Shown piece by piece: positions 40,721-52,614 of a DNA stretch of 64,000 bases (positions are counted from its first letter, which is position 1; the number at the start of each line of letters is the position of its first letter). The notes under the pieces are model-generated. The model saw only the letters and a program-made list of their open reading frames with translations, ran no database searches and was not told where the DNA came from. The DNA is taken from positions 20,832,001 to 20,896,000 of the forward strand of contig NW_027141852.1 of the NCBI RefSeq assembly GCF_036365525.1, read 5' to 3'. This DNA is from Heterodontus francisci (lineage: Eukaryota). The translations under genes were made by a program, and so were the position numbers.

Positions 40721-42024
40721 CATCCCAAATTCACAACAGAAAAAATAACTGAGAGATCCAACAGAAATCCAACACTTACATATAATACCAGTGACTTAAA
40801 GGTACAGAATTAATCGCACTCTCAAATATAGTGCATGTGACTGGGATACAGAATGAGTCTATACTGACACATAATACCAGGGAATGACAGATACAGAATG
40901 AATCACACAGTCACATACAGCAACAGGGACATTTTGGCACAGTATGAATCTGACAGTCGTGTACAGAAACAGAGGCTGACAGATATCAAATGAAACCCAC
41001 ACACACATACAGTGACACTGAGAGCTATAACATATATGCCACATTCATATATAGTACCAGAGATTGACAGATGCAGAATGAATTCCACACACACAAACAG
41101 TTCCAGAGCCTTATACATTCAGAGTGAATATGACACTTTGTACCAGAGACTGACCAATGCAGCATGAATCCCACACTCCCACTCAGTAATAGAGACTGAC
41201 AGATAGCCACAAATAAAGAATGATTCTCATTCTCATGTACAGGACAACAGACTGATTTGCCACAATGGTGTCTCTGATCTTTGGGCAAACTCAGTGTAAT
41301 AACAACTCATCTCCTTTCCCAGTATTTCTAAATCCCACCTGTCCTCCATAATCTGAACAATTATTGCATGTCGTGTTGACTGTCTGATCTGTAAACTGCA
41401 CTGGATCACAGATTGCTGACATTTGCTAGCTGAAAGTGAGAACTGCAAAATAGAAGCAGAAATTGCCACAGCCTGTCAGGGTTAATAAACAGGTAATGTG
41501 AGGTAATAAACTTTGTAATAAACTCATATTGCTTCACATTTTTATACTGAAAATAAAAGTAATCAATTCTTAATAAAAATGTTTACTACATTGATCTGAT
41601 ATTTGCAAATGTGCCCTGTTATATATTACACTACATTGAGCAGTATTTCTGTCTGATTTTTCAGGATACTATTTGCATTACTTCAAATAAAGAAAACATA
41701 ACGACACAAAGAACTGAGCACAATGCTGAAAGTTTCACAGCAAACAGTCAAAAGGGAAAGAGATAACATATAGAAAGAAAAAAAGCTAAAATACTGAAAA
41801 CACTCAGCCAGTCCGGAAACAACTGTGGAGAAGAGAAGCTCGGGTTAATGGTCCAGTTCTGTGACCCTTCTATAGACCTGAAACATTGCTCCTCCCTTCC
41901 TCTCTCCACAGATACTGCTGGAACTGCTGAGTGTTTCCAGAATCTTCTGTTATTCAGATTTCGAGCGGCTGCAGTATTTCTCTTTTTGAAGAATAAAACA
42001 ATCCCTGGGAGGGAATGAAAGTTT

Positions 42025-43820
42025 ACATAAGAAATAAGAGCAGGAGTGGCCACTCTGCCCATCGAAATAGTTCCACCATTCAATAATATAACAGCTGTTC
42101 TCCTACCTCAACTCCATCTTACCACACTGGCACAGCCCCCTTGATTCCCTTAATATCCAAAAACCTATCGATTTCTCTTGAATCTACACAATGATTGAGC
42201 ATCCAGAGCTCTCTGGGATACAGAATTCCAAAGATTCATAACCCTTTGACTGAAAAGAAAATCTCCTCTTCTCAGTCAAATATGACCAAGCCCTTTATAC
42301 TGAGACTGTAACCCTTCATTCTAGATTGCCCAGCTAGAGGAAACATCCTCCCAGCATTTACCATGTCAAGCCACTGAGCATTTTATCTGCCAGTGAGATT
42401 ACCTCTCACTCTACTGAGTTCTGGGGAATAGAGGCCTAGTCTATTCAATCTCTTCTCATAGGACAATCCCCTCATCCTAGGAAGCAGCCTCGTGGCACGT
42501 CTCTGTACTCCCTCTAAGGAAAGTATATCCTTCCTTAGATAAGGGGACCAAAACTGCACAGCACTCCAAGTGTGATCTCACGCTGTATAATTGCAATAAA
42601 TACTCATACTCTAATCTCTTTGCAATAAAGACAAACATATCATTTGCTTTCCTAATTGGTTGAGTACCTGCACGTTAACTTTCTGTGATTCCTGGACAAG
42701 GACACTCGGGTCCCTCTGAATGTAAACATTTCCCATTCTCTCACTAATTTCAAAAATGTTCTGTATTGCTGTTTTAGATTAGAGATACAGCACTGAAACA
42801 GGCCCTTCGGCCCACCGAGTCTGTGCCGAACATCAACCACCCATTTATACTCATCCTGCACTAATCCCATATTCCTACCAAACATCCCCACCTGTCCCCA
42901 TATTTCCCTCCCTCCTACCTAATCTAGTGACAATTTATAATGGCCAATTTACCAATCAACCTGCAAGTCTTTTGGCTTGTGGGAGGAAACCGGAGCACCC
43001 GGAGAAAACCCACACAGACACAGGGAGAACTTGCAAACTCCACACAGGCAGTACTCGGAATCGAACCCGGGTCCTTGGAGCTGTGAGGCTGCGGTGCTCA
43101 CCACTGCGCCTCCCTGCCAAAGTGTGTAACTGTACACTTCTCCCCATTATATTCCATCTCTCACATTCTTGCCCACATACTTAGTCTGTCTAAATCCCTT
43201 TTCTCCCCCTTTGCATCCTCCTCACAGTTTACTTTGCCACCTCACTTTATATCATCGGCAAACATGGATAACATGACATTCAGTCACCTCATCTAAGTCA
43301 TTGATACAGAATGGAAATAACTGAGTCCCGAGCACCAATCCTTGCAGTATCCAACTACTTACAGCTTTCCTGCCGAAAATAACTCGGTTATTCCTACTCT
43401 CTGTTTTTTGTTTGTTAACTACTACTCAATCTATACTAATATATTATCCCCAAATTGCATGGGACCTACATTGGTGTAATAACCACTTGTTTGATAACTT
43501 ATTGAATGCTTTTTGAAGATCCAAACAGACTACATCCACTGGTTCCCCTTATCTACCCTGGCAGTTACAACATCAACATATTCTAATAATTTATCATTGA
43601 CAATTTCCTTTTAATAAATCCATGTTGACTCTGCCCAACCATATTCTGATATTCCACATCACCCTTTACCATGTCTGTAATAATAGATTGTAGCATATTC
43701 CCCATTGCTGATGTCAGGCAAACTGGCCTCCAGTTCTTTGCTTTCTCTCTCCTTCCTTTCTCGAATAGTGTCGATATGTTTGTTACCCTCCAATTCACAG
43801 CTTCCAGAATCCAGGAATTG
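42025..43820 (-). mobile_element. Old CR1 fragment with nested SINE at ~42775-43113 (-)
   Basis: NWRVTNISTLFEKG and SQHGF motifs; SINE A/B boxes. Confidence 0.8.
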
Positions 43821-44092
43821 TTTCTTATAAGGAACGGGAATAGCTGTGGGAAAATGAATCTGAGTAATTCTATTCTGAGTCCACTGTATGATTCAGGTCA
43901 AATAATAATTATCAATAAAAAGGAGTAAAATCAGAGTTCAATTGAACTTTAATTTGAAGGAAATCAGCGTTGGAAATATGTTTATTCAAATTATACACTT
44001 CTTGCTTTGGGAAACAAAATTCCTTCGAGACAGCACCCAACTCAGTTCCTATCTTTCAGTTTACCATCTGAGGAATTTAAGGAACGCCAAAC

Positions 44093-44266
44093 TGTAATGG
44101 CTGGGAATCAAACCCGGGCACAGCTGCTTGGAAGGTCATTGACCTGAAACATTAACTCTGTTCTCTCTCCACAGATGCTGCCTGACCTGCTGAGTATTTC
44201 CAGCATTTTCTGTTTTTATTCCAGCTGTTTGGAAGGCAGCTATGCTCATTGCTCTAACAGCATCGC
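44093..44266 (-). pseudogene. tRNA-Gly(TCC) pseudogene split by an ~86-bp Penelope-repeat insertion
   Basis: Flanks reconstruct the rc of vertebrate tRNA-Gly-TCC (GAGCATAGCTGCCTTCCAAGCAG...CCCGGGTT.GATTCCC); 15-bp duplication cagctgYttggaagg. Confidence 0.8.
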
Positions 44267-44821
44267 TCACATGGAGCAATACATTGAGTCTTTCTGTGGA
44301 TTTTGGGACTGGGCCGCTGTCTTTTGGTCTCTGATGCTATAATCACAGCCAATAAAATACTCAGCTCAGTTCCAGGTGTTTAAAACTGGTGAACTGAAAG
44401 GCGACATGATGTGTCAGGATGTTTCTGAACAGCAATAATCACAATTTTGCAACACAGAAGAAAGAGTTCATTTGAACAATTGTGCTGCTCTTTGAACGAT
44501 CTATCCAATCAGTCCCACCTCCCTGTCATTTTCACATTGCCCTGTAATTTCCCCATCAAATAATGATCCAATTCCCTCAGGAAAGTTATTATTGAATCTG
44601 TTTTCACCTCCCTTTTCAAGCAGTACATTTCTGATCATCAGAACGCGTGTTAAAATATCACCTCATCTTCCCCTGATTCTTTTAACAATTCTGCGTCCAT
44701 TGGTTACAGACCCTTCTGCCAGTGGGAACAGTTCCTCTTCAACCCATTAGAATGTAGAACACAACTATTAAATATTACATTAACATCTCTGCACCAAGAA
44801 GAACGACCCTAGATTTGCTAC

Positions 44822-46157
44822 AAAAACAAGAAAAGCTGGAATCACTCAGCAGGTCTGGCAGCATCTGTGGAAAGAGAAGCAGAGTTAACGTTTCGGGTCA
44901 GTGACCCTTCTTCGGAACTGACAAATATTAGAAAAGTCACAGATTATAAGCAAGTGAGGTGGGGGTGGGGTAAGAGATAACAAAGGAGAAGGTGCAGATT
45001 GGACCAGGCCACATAGCTGACCAAAAGGTCACGGAGCAAAGGCAAACAATATGTTAATGGTGTGTTGAAAGACAAAGCATTAGTACAGATTAGGTGTGAA
45101 TATACTGAATATTGAACAGCAGCAAGTGCAAACCTGAAAAAAAACCTGAAAAAAACAGTGGGTAAGCAAACTGAACAAACTAAGATGAAATGAAATAAAT
45201 GCAAAAAAAGATAGTAAAAAATGTAAAAAAGAATGCATAAAAAAGGAAGAAAAAATAACTAAAAATGAAAGTAAAATGGGGGGCTGTCATGCTCTGAAAT
45301 TATTGAACTCAATGTTCAGTCCGGCAGGCTGTAGTGTGCCTAATCGGTAGATGAGATGCTGTTCCTCGAGCTTGCGTTGATGTTCACTGGAACACTGCAG
45401 CAATCCCAGGACAGAGATGTGAGCATGAGGGCAGGGGGGAGTGTTGAAATGGCAAGCAACCGGAAGCTCAGAGTCCTGCTTGCGGACTGAGCAGAGATGT
45501 TCCGCAAAGCGGTCACCCAGTCTGCGCTTGGTCTCCCCAATGTAGACGAGACCACACTGTGAACAGCGAATACAGTATACTACATTGAAAGAAGTACAAG
45601 TAAATCGCTGCTTCACCTGAAAAGAGTGTTTGGGGCCTGGGATAGTGATGAGAGGGGAGGTAAATGAGCAGGTATTGCACCTCCTGCGATTGCAAGGGAA
45701 GGTGCCCTGGGACGGGGACGAGGTGGTGGAGGTAATGGAGGAGTGGACCAGGGTGTCGCGGAGGGAACGATCCCTTCGGAATGCTGACAGGGGAAGGGAG
45801 GGGAAGATGTGACTGGTAGTGGCATCACGCTGGAGGTGGCGAAAATGGCGGAGGGTGATCCTTTGGATATGGAGGCTGGTGGGATGAAAAGTGAGGACAA
45901 GGGGAACCCTGTCACGGTTCTGGGAGGGAGGGGAAGGGGTGAGGGTAGAGGTGCGGGGAATGGGTCGGACACGGTTGAGGGCCCTGTCATCCACAGTGGG
46001 GGGAAATCCTCGGTTGAGGAAAAAGGAGGTCATATCAGAAGCACCGTAATGGAGGGTAGCATCATCAGAGCAGATGCGTCGGAGACGGAGAAACTGGGAG
46101 AATGGAATGGAGTCCTTACAGGAGGTAGGGTGTGAAGAAGTGTAGTCGAGGTAGCTT
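44822..46157 (-). mobile_element. Penelope-like retroelement, 5'-truncated, with GIY-YIG endonuclease
   Basis: ORF 45287-46033: NVVYCIRCSQCGLVYIGETKRRLGDRFAEH...EQHLIYRLGTLQPAGLN. Confidence 0.92.
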
Positions 46158-46539
46158 TGCTATCCTTCCACGCATCTCTAGTGCCATTCTAGTCAATCTC
46201 CTCTGCACTCTCTCTCAGGCCTTGATATCCCTGCTAAAATGTGGAACCTAGAATTAGACACAATGCTCCAGCTGAGGCCGATAACCAGTGAGATTTATAA
46301 AGGTTCAACATAAACTCCTTGTTTGTGACCCGTATTCCTATTTCTGGTTTCCAACCCAGTGTCGGCTCTGAGCTGTTGAAACTGCCTGAATAAATATTTC
46401 CGCCCAACAAAGCGCTCAACTTAAAGGCCGGAATGTGAGAAGCTGCTGAGAATAAGAGACCCTCGCAGCCAGGCGTCATTTCCCGGTGGATTTTTCAATA
46501 GAAACTGGGGCTGGAGAGAGTCTTTGGGAAATGTAATTC

Positions 46540-46721
46540 CTGAATGCAGTGAGAGAGTTTGTGATTGGTTGCAGATATAAAACTATTGTGACATCACTGC
46601 CAATCACCCAATCACAATCTTTACTTTCTCCCATCCCTCATTAGCATAGAGCTGTGGGATTGTCTATTTAATCCGCACTCGGAAGGGGTTTGGTTTATTT
46701 CTGTATCTGAAACTGAAAATG
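46540..46721 (+). promoter_or_regulatory. H2B promoter and ATG, separated from the H2B body by a Tx1 insertion
   Basis: CCAAT x2, ATTAGCAT, TATTTAA and 5'UTR nearly identical to the other H2B copies; ATG at 46719. Confidence 0.9.
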
Positions 46722-47750
46722 GTAAGGTCCCCCCACCAGGCTCCCAGTGGAGCCATCATCCACCCTCCCTCCAGCTTCGCTATCGGGGGAAGTCGAGGCT
46801 TCTTGGTCTACGCTGGGCAGCCCAGAGTTTGCCGCACCTGTGGCAAATCTGGTCACATGGCAGCCAACTGCAGCACGGTTGTTTGCAAGAACTGCAAGGA
46901 GGAAGGCCATCAGACCAAGGACTGTAAGCAGACTAAGTGTTGCAACTTGTGCGGTGCGGCAGGCCATCTCTACAAGACCTGCCCCAAACGTTGCCTCAGC
47001 TATGCTCAGGCGGCAAGGTCCAAGGAAAGGTTCGACGAAGGCGTCCGCTGTTCGAAAGGAGACCAGCAACCTTCTTCGCAGTGAGGAACTTCAACCTGAG
47101 AAGGAAGAGGAGGCAGCTGAAACCAACGACCCAGCACCTACCCAGCGCCCGGAAACCCCTCCTCCACAGACAGAATCAATGGAGGAGGAGGCAGCAGATG
47201 GAGAAACAGGTCAGTGGCAAGTGGTCCAGAGGAAAACCACAAAGAAAAAACATCCCAAAGCCACCACCCAAACCAGTGGCAAGAGGAGGCTCTCTTCTGA
47301 ATCAGACTGCAACAACTCCTCTTCACTGGACGGGGAAATGCTGGAACGACAGCCCCTTCAAAAGAGGCGGCAGAATTCCGAGATGGATGATAAGGCATCC
47401 CAGCCCCCGGGCACTGGAAGCTGTGATGGGCCCGGCGTGCCCCAACTCCAATGCCTCACACGTAACGACGTGGCCAACGCATCTCAGCTCCGGGACAGCG
47501 GGAGCAAAGACACGTCTGGCGCTGTGATGTTTTCGAGGAGGAACAGATGGAAGCAGCTGAGGACAACCCAATGCTCTCTGCCTACAAGACCCCCCCGATG
47601 TCACCCGAGCGGCACAAACCCTGCATGAAAAATCAGGAGGGGTTTCTGAGCCCAACCAACGTGAAACTGCTTGCGCACACGATGGGTATGCAGGAACATC
47701 CCGAAGGACTGGGACCAGCGAGGACAAATGGTATGGGAAGCAACAACTAA
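46719..47750 (+). pseudogene. Tx1 ORF1 C-terminal part (three CCHC zinc knuckles), frameshifted; first 121 aa open from the H2B ATG
   Basis: CRTCGKSGHMAANC, CKNCKEEGHQTKDC, CNLCGAAGHLYKTC; remainder split across other frames. Confidence 0.8.
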
Positions 47751-50700
47751 TTTTTAGTAAAAAATGGGTGTAAGAATTGCTTCCATTAATGTGCGTCGCA
47801 TTAAATCTACTACGCGATGTGTTTCAACCTTGGATTACCTTGCCAAGGTCAAAGCTGACCTACTGTTTCTGCAGGAGTGTGGAATACCACACCTCAGCAC
47901 CTACAGGCAGTGGTCGCGATGGTGGTCCCACGGGCCGTCGATCCGGTCGGGGGGTAATGACTGCCGCTCCTCCGGCCTGGGTATTCTGCTGCGGGGAGGT
48001 AACTTCACCATCTCCGAAGTTAAGGAGGTGGTGGGCGGCCGCCTCCTCGTAGCAGACGTGATGTACAACAACGCTCCGCTCCGGTTGATCAACGTGTACG
48101 CCCCGGTACAACGCAGCGAGCGGCTGGCCGTCTTCCAGCAGCTCCCACTGCTGCTGGCGACGTCCAGGCCGGTCATCCTAGGCGGTGACTTCAACTGCAT
48201 CATCGATGCGGCTGGACGATCCGGCAGTGACGACAGCAAACTGGACGCTACGTCCAGATTCCTAGTAGAAACAGTTCAGGATGCCAAACTGCACGACGTC
48301 TTCAGCAAACCTGCAGACGGAGCGCAGCGCAGATACACATGGTCAAGATCGGACGGGTCTGCCCGTTCCAGGATTGACTTCCTGTTTGTGTCCCGTGCTG
48401 TCACGGTCGGATCCACCGACGTCAAGCCGGTGTTCTTCTCCGACCACTGCCTCTTACTGGCCGACTGTCACTTACAGGACGACCAGCGGGTTGGCAGAGG
48501 GACGTGGAAGCTCAATGCGACACTGCTGACCCCAGAGAACGTTGAGGAACTCAAAAGGGATTACAATGGTTGGAGGACCGTGAAACCCCTCTTTGAGTCT
48601 CCAGTTCAGTGGTGGGAAGCGATTAAGGAGAACATCAAGAGGTTCTTCATCCACAAAGGTGTTCACAAGGCGAGAGAGAGACAGAGGGAACTGTCCCGAC
48701 TCCAGAAAATTATGCAAAATCTACTCCGGTTGCAGTCAATGGGGGTCGAGGTCAAGGAGGACCTCCAAGAGGTGAAGAGCCAGCAGGCCTCGCTCTTTGC
48801 CAAGGAGGCCTCCAAGATCATCTTCCGGTCCAGAGTCCGCTCCATCGAGCAGGATGAGACGTGCTCGCGTTACTTCTTCCAAAAGGTACACAGAGAGAGC
48901 TCTGTTATCAGCAGCCTGAAGGAAGAAGATGGCTCGGTAACGTCTTCGCAGTCCGACATACTAAGGATCAGCAAATCCTTTTATGCTAGGCTGTATGACG
49001 CGAAGCCCACAGACAGCAGAGCCTCCCAGTCCTTCCTGTCATCTATCACAGAGGTCCTAGATGACAGCAGGAGGGAGAGACTGGACAAGCCGCTAACTCT
49101 GGACGAGCTGACAAAGGCCGTCGAGTCTTTCGAGACGAGTAAAACCCCCGGGAGCGACGGCTTACCGGTCGAGTTGTACTCGGCCCTGTGGGACTGGGTC
49201 GGCCCGGAACTGCTGGAAGTATACGAGAGTATGCTCCTGGCCGGCAGCATGTCAGAGACCATGAGAAAAGGCATCATCACCCTCATTTACAAGCAGAAGG
49301 AGGAGAGGGCAGAAATCAGAAATTGGCGGCCCATCTCACTGCTTAATGTTGATTACAAGATTCTGTCCAAAGTCACAGCCAGTCGAGTCAAGTCTGCTCT
49401 GCAGTTGGTGATTCACCCCGATCAGACCTGTACTGTACCCGGCAGGAAGATCTCTGATAGCCTCGCGCTACTCAGGGATACGATCACCTATGTACGGGAC
49501 AGGAGGGTGGACACCTGCCTCATCAGCCTGGACCAGGAGAAGGCTTTTGACAGGATATCGCACACCGACATGATGGACGTGCTTTCCAAAATGGGGTTTG
49601 GGGAGGGAATCTGCAATTGGATCCAACTGCTCTACACAAACATCAGTAGTGCAGTGTCAATCAACGGGTGGGAATCTGAAAGTTTCCCGATCAAATCTGG
49701 AGTCAGACAGGGTTGTCCTCTCTCCCCTGTCTTGTTTATTTGCTGTATTGAACTCTTTGCTGAGTCTATTAGGAAGGATGCGAGCATAAGAGGGGTGACA
49801 ATCCCAGGCAGTGGAGGCACTCAGGTCAAAACCTCCCTGTACATGGATGACGTCGCCATCTTCTGCTTGGATCCGCTGTCCGTGCGCAGACTGATGAGCA
49901 TCTGCGACCAGTTCGAACTGGCCTCGGGAGCCAAAGTTAACCACGGCAAGAGCGAGGCCATGTTCTTTGGGAACTGGGCTGACCGATCCTTTGTCCCCTT
50001 CACGGTCAGGTCAGATTACCTGAAGGTGCTGGGGATATGGTTCGGAAGGGCCGGGACGTGCACCAAAACATGGGAGGAGCGAGTAGCCAAGGTACGACAA
50101 AAGTTGGGCATGTGGGGGCAGCGATCTCTCTCCATTGTGGGTAAGAACCTGGTCATCAGGTGCGAGGCGCTCACGTTGTTGCTCTACGTGGCGCAGGTCT
50201 GGCCCATACCCTACTCCTGCGCCGTGGCAGTCACCCGAGCCATTTTCCGCTTCGTCTGGGGATCTAAAATGGACCGGGTCCGGAGGGACACGATGTTCAA
50301 ATCTCTGGACATGGGCGGGAAAAATGTACCCAACGTGGCCCTCATCCTGATGACCACCTTCGTGTGCGGCTGCATCAAGCTATGTGTAGATCCCCAGTAC
50401 GCAAACTCCAAGTGTCACGACGTGCTGAGGTTCTATCTGTCCCCGGTGTTGCGAAGGATGGGCATGGTCACATTGCCGCGGAACGCTCCGTGCAGTTGGG
50501 CGGCACCGTACCAGCTATCCTTCGTGGAGCAGTTTCTGCGGAAAAACACCTTTGACCACCGGTCCATCAGGCAGTGGTCTGCACGGAATGTCCTCAAGGC
50601 CCTACGGGAAAAGGAAACGGTGGATCCTGTCGGATGGTTCCCCGAGCAGACCGTCAAAGTCATTTGGCGGAATGCCTCATCACCAGAACTTTCAAACAAG

Positions 50701-51434
50701 CACCAAGACGTAGCTTGGCTGGTGGTGAGAAGGGCCCTCCCCGTCAGATCCTTCATGCACACCCGAAGTCTCGCCCCCTCCGCACAGTGCCCCCGCGTTG
50801 GCTGTGGTGGGGAAGAGACGGTCGCCCACCTCCTCCTGGAATGTGCCTTTGCAAAGCAGGTGTGGAAAGAGATGCAGTGGTTTTTGTCAAGGTTCATCCC
50901 AAGCAGCTCTGTAACACAGGAGTCTGTGCTCTACGGGCTGTTCCCAGGGACGCACACCGAGCCAAACATCAACTGCTGCTGGAGGACTATCAATTCGGTG
51001 AAAGACGCCCTTTGGTCTGCCCGAAACTTGCTGGTCTTCCAGCGCAAAGAGTTGTCCACCACCGAATGTTGCAGACTGGCACATTCCAAGGTCCAGGACT
51101 ACGTGCTGAGGGACGCACTAAAGCTTGGGGCAGCCGCAGCAAAGGCTCAATGGGGAAAGACCACAGTGTAAGGTTCCCCCACCAAGCTGGACTGAGGGGC
51201 TGGAACGATGGGAAACCCCTCGAACTGTATCGGGAAAATTTTCATTTGCTGTAAATGTAAAAATGTAATTGGCATGACAAATGTGAAATGGAAGGGTTGT
51301 GAAGCAACTCATGATTGTATTGAAGGAAACTGATCTCCCTTGCAATGTTTGTATTTTTTGGTGCTGTTTGAAACTGTTTGGCAATGTATTTTTAACAGAT
51401 TTTTATGAATAAAGTATATTTTGGAAATAAAAAA
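46722..51434 (+). mobile_element. Tx1-clade non-LTR retrotransposon (partial ORF1, intact ORF2, 3'UTR, A-tail) inserted at the H2B start
   Basis: ORF1 CCHC knuckles, ORF2 APE-RT-zinc finger, AATAAA plus A-tail abutting H2B codons GAGAAGAAAGCA. Confidence 0.95.
47764..51171 (+). CDS. Tx1/L1-type ORF2: APE endonuclease, reverse transcriptase and C-terminal CCHC finger, 1135 aa
   Basis: ASINV, LQE, GDFN, SRID and SDH endonuclease motifs; SLDQEKAFD, GVRQGCPLSP and YMDD RT motifs; CPRVGCGGEETVAHLLLEC. Confidence 0.95.
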   Translation: MGVRIASINVRRIKSTTRCVSTLDYLAKVKADLLFLQECGIPHLSTYRQWSRWWSHGPSIRSGGNDCRSSGLGILLRGGNFTISEVKEVVGGRLLVADVMYNNAPLRLINVYAPVQRSERLAVFQQLPLLLATSRPVILGGDFNCIIDAAGRSGSDDSKLDATSRFLVETVQDAKLHDVFSKPADGAQRRYTWSRSDGSARSRIDFLFVSRAVTVGSTDVKPVFFSDHCLLLADCHLQDDQRVGRGTWKLNATLLTPENVEELKRDYNGWRTVKPLFESPVQWWEAIKENIKRFFIHKGVHKARERQRELSRLQKIMQNLLRLQSMGVEVKEDLQEVKSQQASLFAKEASKIIFRSRVRSIEQDETCSRYFFQKVHRESSVISSLKEEDGSVTSSQSDILRISKSFYARLYDAKPTDSRASQSFLSSITEVLDDSRRERLDKPLTLDELTKAVESFETSKTPGSDGLPVELYSALWDWVGPELLEVYESMLLAGSMSETMRKGIITLIYKQKEERAEIRNWRPISLLNVDYKILSKVTASRVKSALQLVIHPDQTCTVPGRKISDSLALLRDTITYVRDRRVDTCLISLDQEKAFDRISHTDMMDVLSKMGFGEGICNWIQLLYTNISSAVSINGWESESFPIKSGVRQGCPLSPVLFICCIELFAESIRKDASIRGVTIPGSGGTQVKTSLYMDDVAIFCLDPLSVRRLMSICDQFELASGAKVNHGKSEAMFFGNWADRSFVPFTVRSDYLKVLGIWFGRAGTCTKTWEERVAKVRQKLGMWGQRSLSIVGKNLVIRCEALTLLLYVAQVWPIPYSCAVAVTRAIFRFVWGSKMDRVRRDTMFKSLDMGGKNVPNVALILMTTFVCGCIKLCVDPQYANSKCHDVLRFYLSPVLRRMGMVTLPRNAPCSWAAPYQLSFVEQFLRKNTFDHRSIRQWSARNVLKALREKETVDPVGWFPEQTVKVIWRNASSPELSNKHQDVAWLVVRRALPVRSFMHTRSLAPSAQCPRVGCGGEETVAHLLLECAFAKQVWKEMQWFLSRFIPSSSVTQESVLYGLFPGTHTEPNINCCWRTINSVKDALWSARNLLVFQRKELSTTECCRLAHSKVQDYVLRDALKLGAAAAKAQWGKTTV

Positions 51435-51782
51435 GAGAAGAAAGCAGCTCCTAAGAAAGGCGCCAAGAAAACCTTAAATAAACAGTCAACAAAGGGCGGC
51501 AAGAAGCGGAGGAAGGAGAGTTACTCCATCTACATCTACAAAGTGACGAAGCAGGTTCATCCCGACACCGGCATCTCCTCCAAGGCCATGAGCATTATGA
51601 ACTCGTTTGTGAACGATGTTTTCGAGCGCATCGCGGGTGAGGCTTCCCGCCTGGCCCATTACAACAACCATCAGCTCTGGGTGATCCAGACCGCCGTGCG
51701 CCTGCTGCTGCCCGGGGAGCTGGCTAAGCACGCCGTGTCGGAAGGGACAAAGGCGGTGACCAAGTACACCAGCTCCAAGTAA
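51435..51782 (+). pseudogene. H2B: Histone H2B body, decapitated by Tx1, with further deletions
   Basis: [12 protein letters not shown]...KYTSSK; missing RKS; [10 protein letters not shown] altered; stem-loop at 51820-51835. Confidence 0.92.
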
Positions 51783-52614
51783 AACTGCACAATGGACTGA
51801 AAAACATCCCAAACACAACGGCTCTTTTAAGAGCCACCAACAATCTCTGAAAAAGCTGCATCCGACATCTTTATGAAATCACTTTAAGACGATGTATAAT
51901 ATAATAACGATCCCACTGCTGTGTTTGTATCTCCTGTTATTAACCGAACACGAACCCATAATCTGATCACCCGCCTTCACTTTTTTTGCTTAAAGCTGCT
52001 CTTATTCTGGTTTTTCACAGCCCCTGTATGACCGCATTAACAGCTGATTTCAGCGGTAAGGATTAGACCTTAATCCCTTCACTGATTAATAATTTTATTA
52101 ACAGCAACTCTCCGCAGTGTAACAGCCTGGGATGGGATTATTACAGAGCAAGTTAAGGGCCGTTTGAGGACTTGATCCGGCTCCCTCTTTTCAGAGAAGG
52201 ACACTGGGCTCTGATTGAAAACTAAACTGAGTATTTCACTTCAGGCCAATGCAGGCCTCACCCGGGACAGTTTGAAAGCGATTGTCGAATGAGTCACAAT
52301 TTAAATAACATTTTACAAGTTGAATAAAACAAAATCAAGAGAAGGGACTTTAAATCTTTGACTAAGGATGACATTTATTTCAATCCGCTCCTTTCCGACA
52401 ATGAAATTGGCGGGCTTTTTGAAATTGACAAATTCTGTTCTTCTGATGTCGTGGCGGGTAAATCCCGCCCTCTTGTGTTGGTCAGTGACCTGATTGGTGA
52501 AGAATATAGGCAAATAGAATTAAGTACCGACCATTGAGGAGAGTTCTCAGTCTTAAAGTAAAGTAAATGCTGCGGAAATTATCCATTTGTGAAAGTATTT
52601 GTGAGATTGTGGAA

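Noticed and set aside
51405-51782. 125-aa H2B starting from an ATG in the Tx1 tail ([16 protein letters not shown])
   Set aside because: The ATG overlaps the element's polyadenylation signal and the H2B body has disabling deletions; likely fortuitous
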